Source: Nitrosopumilus sp.
GTDB lineage: Archaea > Thermoproteota > Nitrososphaeria > Nitrososphaerales > Nitrosopumilaceae
DNA length: 64,000 nt
Assembly: GCA_963662625.1 (NCBI GenBank)
Contig: OY759726.1
Coordinates: 736,001-800,000, forward strand
Direction: 5' to 3'
Shown piece by piece: positions 29,359 to 38,295 of this stretch (position 1 is the first letter of the stretch; every line of letters starts with the position of its first letter). The notes below the pieces were generated by a model. The model had not been told where the DNA came from. It saw nothing but the letters and a program-made list of their open reading frames with translations, and did no database searches. The position numbers were made by a program, and so were the translations under genes.

Positions 29359-30246
29359 ATGACCAAGGCGCCTTTGATCATTGCGGGGCTGATCGTGGCC
29401 ATACTGGCAATGCCGGCGCAGGCATCGTTTGGCTCCGCCCGCGCGCTTGACCTGGTCGTAGGCCCCGACGGGACCACCCACGTCTCGGCGGAGATCGCCG
29501 TCGACTCTCCCGGATTCCGGGTGGGCCTCCTTGGCCCGCCCGTGGACAACCTTGTCGCCACGGACGGCAGCGGCGCCCGGCTGCCCCTGACCGTGGTCGA
29601 CGGCATGGCGGTCTTTGGCTCCGTCCCCGCGTCCACGGCCACCATCGCCTACGACACCCACGACCTGGTCTCGAAGGACGGCCGGGTCTGGACATTTTCC
29701 CTCGACTCGCCGTCCGGCTACTCGCTGGAGATGCCGGAAAATTCCGTGATAGTCATGATGGACGCCAGCCCGGGCAGGATAGTGGCAGAAGGCGGGAAGA
29801 TGAGGCTGGAGCTTGCGGCAGGGCCCGCCAGGATCGACTACGTCTTTGGGGCGCGGGCGGATCCCCAGCCGGAACCCGCAGGGGGGCCGGACTTTGTAGC
29901 CGCGGGGCTGATCGCCGGCCCGATCATCACGGCCGGGGTCGCCGCGTCGATCATACTAAGGAGAAGGAGGGCCCCGCCGCGGGAGGCCGGGGCGGGCCAC
30001 CCCGACCCCCGGACGATCTTCGGCCTCCGGCCAGACATGCGCGAGGACGACAAGGAGATCGTGCGGTTCATCCACGGCAACGGCGGCCAGGCGCTCGAGA
30101 GCACCCTGCGCAGGGAGTTCCTCCAGCCCCGTACCACCATGTGGAGGGCGGTAAAGCGGCTGGAGAGGATGGGCGTGGTCGAAATCTACAAGAAAGACAA
30201 GCAGAACGTGGTCAGGCTGAGAAGGGAAGTGGAGGGCGAGGGTTGA
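29359..30246 (+). CDS. Membrane-anchored protein with C-terminal winged HTH (COG2512-like)
   Basis: Signal peptide, extracellular domain, TM helix, then GGQALES...PRTTMWRAVKRLERMGVV. Confidence 0.82.
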   Translation: MTKAPLIIAGLIVAILAMPAQASFGSARALDLVVGPDGTTHVSAEIAVDSPGFRVGLLGPPVDNLVATDGSGARLPLTVVDGMAVFGSVPASTATIAYDTHDLVSKDGRVWTFSLDSPSGYSLEMPENSVIVMMDASPGRIVAEGGKMRLELAAGPARIDYVFGARADPQPEPAGGPDFVAAGLIAGPIITAGVAASIILRRRRAPPREAGAGHPDPRTIFGLRPDMREDDKEIVRFIHGNGGQALESTLRREFLQPRTTMWRAVKRLERMGVVEIYKKDKQNVVRLRREVEGEG

Positions 30247-30590
30247 AGGCGGTTGCACTGCTGGCCCTGCTGGTCATGGCGGCGGCGCACCCGCCCGCGC
30301 AGGCGTTTGCCGAGCCGCTGGAGGAGGTCACGGCGTCGGTCTCAGACTATGACGGCGCCTCTGCGACGGTCACCATATCCTGGAACCACGACGGCGCCGC
30401 GGCAAGCCACCTGGCAGGCTGCGTCAGCTGCAGCCCGCACGTCTCGGAATCCACCGCGGGGGACGGCATAGAGCTGCGCGGCGTGACCCCGTTTCCCAAC
30501 AGCCAGCTGGCGATGCTCTACGTGATCGCGTATGACTCCGGAGGCGAGATAGTCGCCGCAAAGCAGCTGATCATCGGCCTCGGGGAGTGA
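30243..30590 (+). CDS. Small secreted protein with CxxC (GCVSCSP)
   Basis: TTG start overlapping the upstream TGA; signal peptide. Confidence 0.7.
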   Translation: MKAVALLALLVMAAAHPPAQAFAEPLEEVTASVSDYDGASATVTISWNHDGAAASHLAGCVSCSPHVSESTAGDGIELRGVTPFPNSQLAMLYVIAYDSGGEIVAAKQLIIGLGE

Positions 30591-30629
30591 CGCGCGCCCC
30601 GCCTGCCGGCGCCGCCGGGCGGGCGGCCC

Positions 30630-31875
30630 CAGTTAAGCGAAATGTACCCGATCCTGCCCCCTCATGGCGGGGGCTTGGGCTCCAGTATCCGGGCCGACTC
30701 CAACTGGTAGGCGAACGCCCGCTGGGTCATCACGCCGTTCCTGCAACCCCTTCCAGAAAGGACGGCCCGCACCACCACCCACTCGTTGTACGCCAGCAGC
30801 GAGTAGTAGAAGCACAGCATGCGGGCCCCCTCGTCGGCGACCCTGGTCTTGGCCCTCATGGACTCTATAACCCTGTACGACGTCTCGATGCCCCACCTGC
30901 GCGGGTACCCCCTTGCGCTGGCTGCGGGGCGGTTGGTCGCAAACCCGATGTACCGCTCCTCGGGGACGGAGGGATCGTCGCACTTCTTCCTCTCCTCGAT
31001 CTTGATGTGGTACCCCGCGGAGTTCCGCCCCTCGATCGTCACCGGGGACACGCCGGGCCTGGCGTTGCGCGCGAACTCCCGCAGCGCGGCCACCACGTTG
31101 CCGGTGTTCCTGCACGGCATGAGGTACCCGACGCGGGCCCTGTCCAGCGCCCTGATCGTCTCCACCGTGAAGAACTCCCTGTCCAGCAGGACGAGGCCGG
31201 GCCCGATTCCGGCGTCCCGTACCGACCGCAGCGCCTTTTCGACGAAACCAGGCACGGAATCGAACATGTTCACGCGGTACGCGCCCAAAACCAGCGGGTA
31301 CCTGCCCCCGACGCACTGGACCGTGATGTACCTCTCGAACAGCTTGGTCCCGTTCTTGCTCCTGGAGCGGGTCAGCCCGGGCCCCGGCGCGGAATCGTAG
31401 CGCGGTATCAGGTGCATGTCGATGGCGATGGAGGGCTTGCGGGGCAGCCTTCCGGCCTTTTTGAGCGCGGCCGCCTGCCTCCCCACGGCGCCGCCGAGGG
31501 CATCCTGGATCCCGGCGCCGCCTGCCCCCCTGAGCGCCGAGGCGAACCACCTGTCCGAGGGGGCCGCCCTGCCGTGCACGGCCTTGGCCGCGTTGGCGCA
31601 CCCCCCGACCGACGAGTCCCGGAGCGCGGCCCCAAGCATGCCCCGGTTGAGGGCGTCCACTCCGAACACGGCGTTGCGGCCCGCTGGCCGCATGAGCGGG
31701 GCCAGGAACCCGCGCATGCCGGAGACGACACCCTGATATAGGCGGGGGTCGTTCACCATGTCGCGGCCCTGGCGGGTCTTGTTTCGAGACAATTCAAGTC
31801 TTGTCGGGGCCCATCCCCTGTTGATCTGTTTGGAATTGCGAGAGTTGACTATTTGGTCTACTTTTCGCTTAACTG
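30630..31875 (-). mobile_element. Complete ISH3-like insertion sequence, 1246 bp
   Basis: TIRs CAGTTAAGCGAAATGTAC / CAGTTAAGCGAAAAGTAG (16 of 18 identical); 5-bp TSD GGCCC at 30625-29 and 31876-80. Confidence 0.92.
30662..31759 (-). CDS. DDE transposase (ISH3 / IS4 superfamily)
   Basis: IAIDMHL, VLLDREFF, YPRRWGIETSYR: triad intact. Confidence 0.92.
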   Translation of the reverse strand: MVNDPRLYQGVVSGMRGFLAPLMRPAGRNAVFGVDALNRGMLGAALRDSSVGGCANAAKAVHGRAAPSDRWFASALRGAGGAGIQDALGGAVGRQAAALKKAGRLPRKPSIAIDMHLIPRYDSAPGPGLTRSRSKNGTKLFERYITVQCVGGRYPLVLGAYRVNMFDSVPGFVEKALRSVRDAGIGPGLVLLDREFFTVETIRALDRARVGYLMPCRNTGNVVAALREFARNARPGVSPVTIEGRNSAGYHIKIEERKKCDDPSVPEERYIGFATNRPAASARGYPRRWGIETSYRVIESMRAKTRVADEGARMLCFYYSLLAYNEWVVVRAVLSGRGCRNGVMTQRAFAYQLESARILEPKPPP

Positions 31876-31919
31876 GGCCCACAACAAGCTTCATATACAT
31901 TTTCCAGGCAGCATTGGAC

Positions 31920-32114
31920 ATGGCTTCCAAGGAGATTGCCGCCGGCGTGGGGATCCCCATGATAGTCGTGGGAGCCCTCATGGCATGGCTCTGGGCCCCC
32001 GCCGCGGCAGAGTTCCAGGGCCAGGTGGAGCTCGTGGGAAGCACGGTCGGGATCCTGGGCGTGGTCTTCTTCATCTCCGGGCTGTTCTACGCCAAGGAAC
32101 CCACGCTGCACTGA
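31920..32114 (+). CDS. Small two-TM membrane protein
   Basis: MASKEIAAGVGIPMIVVGAL...; TATA-like TTCATATA upstream. Confidence 0.75.
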   Translation: MASKEIAAGVGIPMIVVGALMAWLWAPAAAEFQGQVELVGSTVGILGVVFFISGLFYAKEPTLH

Positions 32115-32146
32115 GAATAAATAATGACGGCGGGTACCAGAGTTGC

Positions 32147-32860
32147 TTGAATGTGAGGCTGTCCGAGGTGTTTACCTCGATCGAGGGGGAGGGCATACTG
32201 TACGGGACCAAGACGCTCTTCGTAAGGCTCGCGGGCTGCCCGTTCACCTGCTTTTACTGCGACACGCCAGAGTCCCTGCCGCTTGGATCCGGGAAGGAGT
32301 ACACGGTGGGGGAGGCGCGCGGCCTGATCGACTCCAGCATCCGGGACAACACGTACAAGGTCAACTTCACCGGCGGCGACCCGCTCATCCAGCACGAGGC
32401 GGTCGCGGAACTGGCAAGGCACGTCCAGAGAAAGCGGATCCCGACGTACCTAGAGTCCTCGTGCTTTGACTCTGAAAGGTTCGGCCTCGTGCTGCCGTTC
32501 ATCGACATCGCGAAGATCGAGCTTAAGACGAGGGATTCTGGCTTCGTGGATCCCAAGCACCATTCCAGGCTGGTCGACAACGCGGTCAGGTGCCTGGAGC
32601 TTTCCGCGTCTTCGGGGAAGACGACCTACGTCAAGATAGTCGTGAGCTCCAGGACCACCCCGGACGACCTCGGGGCGATGTCAGGGCGGATCTTCTCCAG
32701 GGTCTCGGGGGACGACATCTCGGGGTTTGTCATCCAGCCCACGTACGGGGTGGCCGAACCGCCACTGGATCTGCTGCTCGACCTGTACGATACCGTGTTT
32801 CCCCACTACGGGGAGGTCAAGGTCGTCCCGCAGCTCCACAAGATGATCGGCGCGCCGTGA
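32147..32860 (+). CDS. queE: 7-carboxy-7-deazaguanine synthase (radical SAM)
   Basis: SIEGEG, FVRLAGCPFTCFYCDT, FTGGDP, PQLHK. Confidence 0.92.
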   Translation: MNVRLSEVFTSIEGEGILYGTKTLFVRLAGCPFTCFYCDTPESLPLGSGKEYTVGEARGLIDSSIRDNTYKVNFTGGDPLIQHEAVAELARHVQRKRIPTYLESSCFDSERFGLVLPFIDIAKIELKTRDSGFVDPKHHSRLVDNAVRCLELSASSGKTTYVKIVVSSRTTPDDLGAMSGRIFSRVSGDDISGFVIQPTYGVAEPPLDLLLDLYDTVFPHYGEVKVVPQLHKMIGAP

Positions 32861-32946
32861 TTGGGGCGGGCGGATCCCCTGCGGGGGCACCATGCCGCGC
32901 AACCTGATTAGGTTCAAATAGTGGCAGGGGACTGTGAAAGCAGTCC

Positions 32947-33501
<555 letters not shown>

Positions 33502-33545
33502 GCGCGGCCTGAAAAATTAAATAATCAGTCCCTTTGAGCACATCC

Positions 33546-33797
33546 ATGGGTTCCCATTCCAACGTGCACGTCCCAAAAGAGTCATGGCCTCACTGGACGT
33601 GGTACGCCATCGAGTTCGGCATAGTGCTTGCGGTGTCCATGCTGGTCTCCAAGGAGATCACCGACTCGATCGCGGATCTTGCCCCGGACGTGCAAAACTG
33701 GGTGTTCATGGGGATAGTGGGGGCGATCTTCTTTGCCTGGTACATCGTTGTCAGGGGCCTGATCCTCAAAAAGAGGATCCTGGGAAGCAGGAACTAG
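33546..33797 (+). CDS. Small two-TM hypothetical protein
   Basis: Own TATA-like element upstream; two hydrophobic helices. Confidence 0.7.
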   Translation: MGSHSNVHVPKESWPHWTWYAIEFGIVLAVSMLVSKEITDSIADLAPDVQNWVFMGIVGAIFFAWYIVVRGLILKKRILGSRN

Positions 33798-34481
33798 TCA
33801 TTCCATGTACCTCGTCTTGTCGGCAATCCCGGCCCGGGCAAACGCGGCCTTCCTGTTGTTGCACGACTCGCAGGCGCCGCAGTGGAGCCTCCCGTCGAGG
33901 TAGCAGCTCCAGGCCCCAAACACAGAGTCCCCCAGGATCCCGTGGCCCCGCTTGAGCAGGTCGCTTTTTGAGAGGCCCTCGGCGTACGGGGACCATATCT
34001 CCAGGCCCCTCCTCAGGCCCGCCTTTATGCCGTCGGCCTCCCCCCGGTTGAGCGCCGACGCGAGCTTCCTTGCAAACGGCGGCCTGCAGTCTGGGTAGTG
34101 CCTGTCCCCGGTATGCGCCCCGTACGCCACCAGCGACGCGCCCAGCGCGTACGCCCACGCCGACGCCACGGCGAGGAACACCGCGTTCCTTACCGGGACC
34201 ACGATCGAGTAGTCAAACGATCCCGGGACGCCCCGCCTCTTGCTGGTGAGGGCGTTAGAGTCCCCGTAAAGCCCCTTCATGAACCCGATGTCCACCACCC
34301 TGTGCTCCTTCAGGCCCAGCCTTTTGGCAAGCGCCCTCGCGGCCCTCACCTCCCTGCCGGCCTTCTGCCCGTACGAAAACGAGATCCCGTGGAGGCCGTA
34401 CCGCTTGCCCAGCATCGCGGCGCAGCAGGCCGAGTCTATCCCCCCGCTGAACACGATTACCGCCTTTTCCACGCGGATCAC
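33798..34481 (-). CDS. queC: 7-cyano-7-deazaguanine synthase
   Basis: FSGGIDS, VPVRN, YPDCR, WSCY...HCGACESC; GTG overlaps the thrB TGA. Confidence 0.94.
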   Translation of the reverse strand: MIRVEKAVIVFSGGIDSACCAAMLGKRYGLHGISFSYGQKAGREVRAARALAKRLGLKEHRVVDIGFMKGLYGDSNALTSKRRGVPGSFDYSIVVPVRNAVFLAVASAWAYALGASLVAYGAHTGDRHYPDCRPPFARKLASALNRGEADGIKAGLRRGLEIWSPYAEGLSKSDLLKRGHGILGDSVFGAWSCYLDGRLHCGACESCNNRKAAFARAGIADKTRYME

Positions 34482-35395
34482 TTCCTGACCGAGGCCCCCC
34501 GGGCCGGCTTGCACAGGACCGTCTGGCAGCCCGTCCCGGCCGAGGCAAACCCCCTGGACATGGCCGCGGCGATGCCCTCCAGGTCCGCCGACCTTTCCGA
34601 GAACGCTATCACCGAGGGGCCCGCGCCGCTTATCGTGACGCCCAGCGCGCCGGCCCTGAGGGCGTTCCTCTTGACCCTGGCGAACCCGGGGATCATGTGC
34701 ATCCTGGCGGGCTCGACGATCACGTCCCTGACCGAGGAGCCGATCATGCGCGGGTCCTTCCTCATGAACCCAGCCACGATCGACGCGGCGTTGGACAGGT
34801 TCGCGACGCTGTCCGCCAGCCCTACCTTCTCGGGGATCACCCCCCTCGACACCTGCGTCTTCCTTTCTGGGACGCCCACCCTCGGCACCGCCACGCACAT
34901 GCGCAGATCCCGCGGGGGGCTTATACTGATCACGTCCAACGGGTCCTTCCTGACGATCACAAATCCCCCCAGCACCGACGCCGCGACGTTGTCATAGTGG
35001 ACCGAGCCTGCGCTGGCCCTCTCCCCGTAGCCTGCGAGCCCCACCAGGGACCTGCCGTCTAGCCCCAGCCCGAACAGCCCGTCTGCCGCGACCGCGGCGG
35101 CGGCCGCCGACGCCGCGCTGCTGCCCATGCCGAATCCGGCGGGGACGCCCTTCTTTATGCTGATCCGGACGCCCCCCGTGATCCCGAACCTTTTCTTGAC
35201 GTTCTTTACCACCAGCCCGGCCGTGTTGCGGTCGGGGCTGGTGGGGACCCCGCCGTCGGCGAGGATCGAGATCCCCCTGTCCTGCCTTGCCAGGGTCACC
35301 TCGTCGAAGAACGCGTCGACTGCCAGCCCGAAGACGTCGAACCCGGGGCCCAGGTTCGCGGTGGACGACGGCGCCCTCACGGTGATCGAGTCCAC
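34478..35395 (-). CDS. thrB: Homoserine kinase
   Basis: APSSTANLGPGFD, PAGFGMGSSAAS, HYDNVA, ISGAGPS. Confidence 0.95.
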   Translation of the reverse strand: MDSITVRAPSSTANLGPGFDVFGLAVDAFFDEVTLARQDRGISILADGGVPTSPDRNTAGLVVKNVKKRFGITGGVRISIKKGVPAGFGMGSSAASAAAAAVAADGLFGLGLDGRSLVGLAGYGERASAGSVHYDNVAASVLGGFVIVRKDPLDVISISPPRDLRMCVAVPRVGVPERKTQVSRGVIPEKVGLADSVANLSNAASIVAGFMRKDPRMIGSSVRDVIVEPARMHMIPGFARVKRNALRAGALGVTISGAGPSVIAFSERSADLEGIAAAMSRGFASAGTGCQTVLCKPARGASVRK

Positions 35396-36159
35396 TAGTC
35401 CTCCACCTCCTCGCCCAGGTTGAGGATCCTGCTCAGCGCTCCCTCCAGGTTTACGAGCCCGTCCCCCGTGACGTTGGAGATCGGCAGCAGCCCCTGCGCA
35501 AACCCGCCCAGGTTCAGGCCCCTCAGTATGTTCATGGCAAGGGAGTAGGTCTCCCCGTCGGCCTCCCTCGCGATGTCGTCCTCGAGCGCCTTCAGGCCGG
35601 AGGACCACCGGAGCACGTCCCCCAGCTTCTCCCCGATGAGGTCCGTCTTGGTCAGCGCGTTTACCGCCGGCAGGCCCAGCCGGAGCCTTATCGACGTCGC
35701 GAGCAGCGCGATTGAGACGAAGTTCACGGGGGTCGTGACCAGCGCGCCGTCGAACAGGAATATGCCCGTCTTTTCATCCGCGGCTATGTTGTCCACCAGG
35801 TACGGCCCGCTGGAGCGGTATGCGAACAGCTCGATCTGGCCGGGGGTGTCCACCAGCAGGTAGTCCGGGTTCGTGCCGTCCACCTCCCCTTGGATCTCGT
35901 CGATCTTCGAGGCGATCAGGTCGTTTGCCATGACCAGGGAGCCGTTTGGCCCCAGGTCATACTGCTGCATTATGGACACGATGTCGACGTGGTCCCTCAC
36001 GTCGATGTCGCAGGCGTACGGGAGCTTCTCGACCCCCGGATCCAGGTTCAGGATTGCCGTAAACGCGCCGTTTCTGGTATAATACTCGTACAGCTTCGAG
36101 GTGAGGAGGGACTTTCCCGCGCCCGCGGTACCGACCACAAAAATTGACTTCAATGCCAT
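35395..36159 (-). CDS. GPN-loop GTPase
   Basis: GTAGAGKS, NLDPG, LGPNG, DTPGQIE, TKTD. Confidence 0.93.
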   Translation of the reverse strand: MALKSIFVVGTAGAGKSLLTSKLYEYYTRNGAFTAILNLDPGVEKLPYACDIDVRDHVDIVSIMQQYDLGPNGSLVMANDLIASKIDEIQGEVDGTNPDYLLVDTPGQIELFAYRSSGPYLVDNIAADEKTGIFLFDGALVTTPVNFVSIALLATSIRLRLGLPAVNALTKTDLIGEKLGDVLRWSSGLKALEDDIAREADGETYSLAMNILRGLNLGGFAQGLLPISNVTGDGLVNLEGALSRILNLGEEVED

Positions 36160-36208
36160 CTGGATCCGCTTTATTGGCTTATATTTGAATCCATGAAGAG
36201 ACCTACAA

Positions 36209-37225
36209 ATGAAGTGGCGAATCGTGGTGATACCCGCAACGCTCGTCCCCATCCTCATCATCGCGGTGCAGTTCGACATAAAGCCAGAAGACATATTCGC
36301 CATAGGGCTGCTTCCCTTCGCCGGGGCGGTCGCCGCGATGATGGCAAAGCTGGGCCTGCAGGGCGTGAAGTTCGCGTACATCACCCGGACGTACCTCGGG
36401 AAGTTCGACTCGTTCTGGAAGCTGACCGGCGTCAGGGTGGGAAGCGAGTTCATAAAGTTCACTACCCCGATGTTCGTCGGCGCCGAGTTCGTCGTGATCT
36501 ACTACCTGCACAAGAAAGGGGTAAAGCCGTCAAAGTCCACCTGGATTGCGATCATGGACATAGTCACCGAGGTCTTTGCCGGGGGCCTGCTGTCGATCCT
36601 GGCGGGGATCCTCGCCCTGCTCAGCGGCGCCTACGTGGTGGCCGCGATCGTGCTGGGCACCAGCGTGACGGTCACGGCCCTGTGGATGGTCATGTTCTTC
36701 CTGTCCGCAAAGAGGACCTTCCAGGTCCCCGGGGTGATCGCCGCCCTCGTCTCCAGGTTCGGAAAGGAGAAGGGGCAGCGGTACATCGAGGAGACCAACT
36801 CCTGGATGGGCGAGGTATGCGCGATGAGCAGGAAGAACCTGCGCACGCCCAAGTCGGTGAGGGTGTTTGCCGTCTCGTTCGCGATGTCCCTCGCGTCGTG
36901 GACGTTCTACGGGATCTCGTTCATGATCATAGCCATGGGGACGGGCTACGTCATAGGCGCGTTTGACTCCGTGATGGCCGTGATGGGGGCAAACGCGATA
37001 GGAAACCTGCCCATAACGGTGGGCGGCTCCGGGCTGGCGGAGTTTGGCATCGTGGCATACATCCAGAACCTCAACCCCTTCGAGTTCAACGTCCAGGGCG
37101 GGGACGTGGCCGAGTGGGACGCGGTCATAGGCTGGAGGATCGCGACGTATTACGTGCCAATACTGTTCACGTGGATGCTGATGGTGAGGCTGGCCCTGAG
37201 CAGGATAAAGCCGGAGCCGTCATAG
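36209..37225 (+). CDS. Lysylphosphatidylglycerol-synthase-TM / flippase-like membrane protein
   Basis: Multi-TM; TTPMFVGAE, PITVGGSGLAE, WRIATYY. Confidence 0.85.
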   Translation: MKWRIVVIPATLVPILIIAVQFDIKPEDIFAIGLLPFAGAVAAMMAKLGLQGVKFAYITRTYLGKFDSFWKLTGVRVGSEFIKFTTPMFVGAEFVVIYYLHKKGVKPSKSTWIAIMDIVTEVFAGGLLSILAGILALLSGAYVVAAIVLGTSVTVTALWMVMFFLSAKRTFQVPGVIAALVSRFGKEKGQRYIEETNSWMGEVCAMSRKNLRTPKSVRVFAVSFAMSLASWTFYGISFMIIAMGTGYVIGAFDSVMAVMGANAIGNLPITVGGSGLAEFGIVAYIQNLNPFEFNVQGGDVAEWDAVIGWRIATYYVPILFTWMLMVRLALSRIKPEPS

Positions 37226-37236
37226 CGGCGCGGCGG

Positions 37237-37833
37237 TCACGCGTCGCGCTGCCCGACCAGCTGATCCTTGTCGAAGATGAACTGGAACGGGGCGTGCTCC
37301 TCGATGTCCCGGCGCTGCCCGGCGGTCCCCCTGAAGACGATGGCCATCAGGCACAGGCAGTCGTGCCGCTGTTCCTTCACGGCCTTTACGGCGGTGATTG
37401 CGGACATTCCGCTGGTGATCACGTCGTCCACTATGACGGCCGGCGAGCCGATCCGGCCCTCGATCATCTTCCGGGCCCCGTGATCTTTTGGCCGCTTGCG
37501 CACGTAGAACGAGTCGAGCAGCGGGCTCGACTGGTCCCCCTCGTGCTCGATGTAGCTTAGTTGCGAGATCGCCGTCGCGATCGGGATGGATCCCGACTCC
37601 AGCCCCCCGACCGACCTTACCCCCGGCAGGCGCCTGATCCGGGCGTAGAATGCCCGGGCTACCGCGTTGATCCCCTCCGGGTGGCCGTTTAGGAGCCGGA
37701 GGTCAAAGTAATACGGGCTCGTCGCCCCCGACGCCAGCCGGAACGGCCTGTCCGGGGAGTGCTGGAAAGCCCCGGTGTCCCTCAGCAGCCTGGCCAGCCT
37801 CTGCTCGTCAGTCTCGGTACCGGCCGGGCCCAT
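37237..37833 (-). CDS. pyrE: Orotate phosphoribosyltransferase-like PRTase
   Basis: FRLASGATSPYYFDLR, VRKRPKDHG, IVDDVITSG. Confidence 0.85.
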   Translation of the reverse strand: MGPAGTETDEQRLARLLRDTGAFQHSPDRPFRLASGATSPYYFDLRLLNGHPEGINAVARAFYARIRRLPGVRSVGGLESGSIPIATAISQLSYIEHEGDQSSPLLDSFYVRKRPKDHGARKMIEGRIGSPAVIVDDVITSGMSAITAVKAVKEQRHDCLCLMAIVFRGTAGQRRDIEEHAPFQFIFDKDQLVGQRDA

Positions 37834-38000
37834 CACCAAGCAGCCCCGCGCCCCAAAAATAAACCATTGCAGCCCGGAATGGCGGCCGGCGGCGGCGCGG
37901 CCGGGAAACGGGCTCGCGGGGTCAGCCGAAATTTGACAGGGCCCGCCGCATCCTCCCGGCCGTGATGTTTTGAAAGCGGCCGATCCTCTCCCCCAGCGAC

Positions 38001-38156
38001 CCCAGTCGGAGACTTAAAGCCGAGGCCGCGTCCGGGAAGCGCGGTCCCGGAGGGGTCTTCGTCCACCATCGCGATCACCTGGGAGATCTGGATCCCGCGG
38101 CGCGGGAACCCCTCGGCCGTCCCGAGGACGTGCGCCGCGCCGGCGGGGTAGGGCAT
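38001..38156 (-). pseudogene. Possible degraded PRTase C-terminal fragment
   Basis: Translates HVLGTAEGFPRRGIQISQVIAMVDEDPSGTALPGRGLGFKS, resembling the PRTase region after the PRPP loop. Confidence 0.3.
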
Positions 38157-38295
38157 CGCCTCCCTTGAGCTGCCGGCGGCCTCCCTGGCGCCCGCCGCCT
38201 TTTGGCCGGGGGCCAGCGCTGTTTTTAGTGATCTGGGTGCCGCCGGGGGCCGCGCGCAAAGATAATTATCAAACGTGCGGCACACACGTATCGAG

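Noticed and set aside
30662-32074. 470-aa version of the transposase ORF
   Set aside because: The extension runs past the TIR at 31875 into the antisense strand of a host gene; the real start lies inside the element
32905-32925. GGTTCAAAT resembles a tRNA T-loop
   Set aside because: No T-stem or cloverleaf; better explained as the folE TATA region
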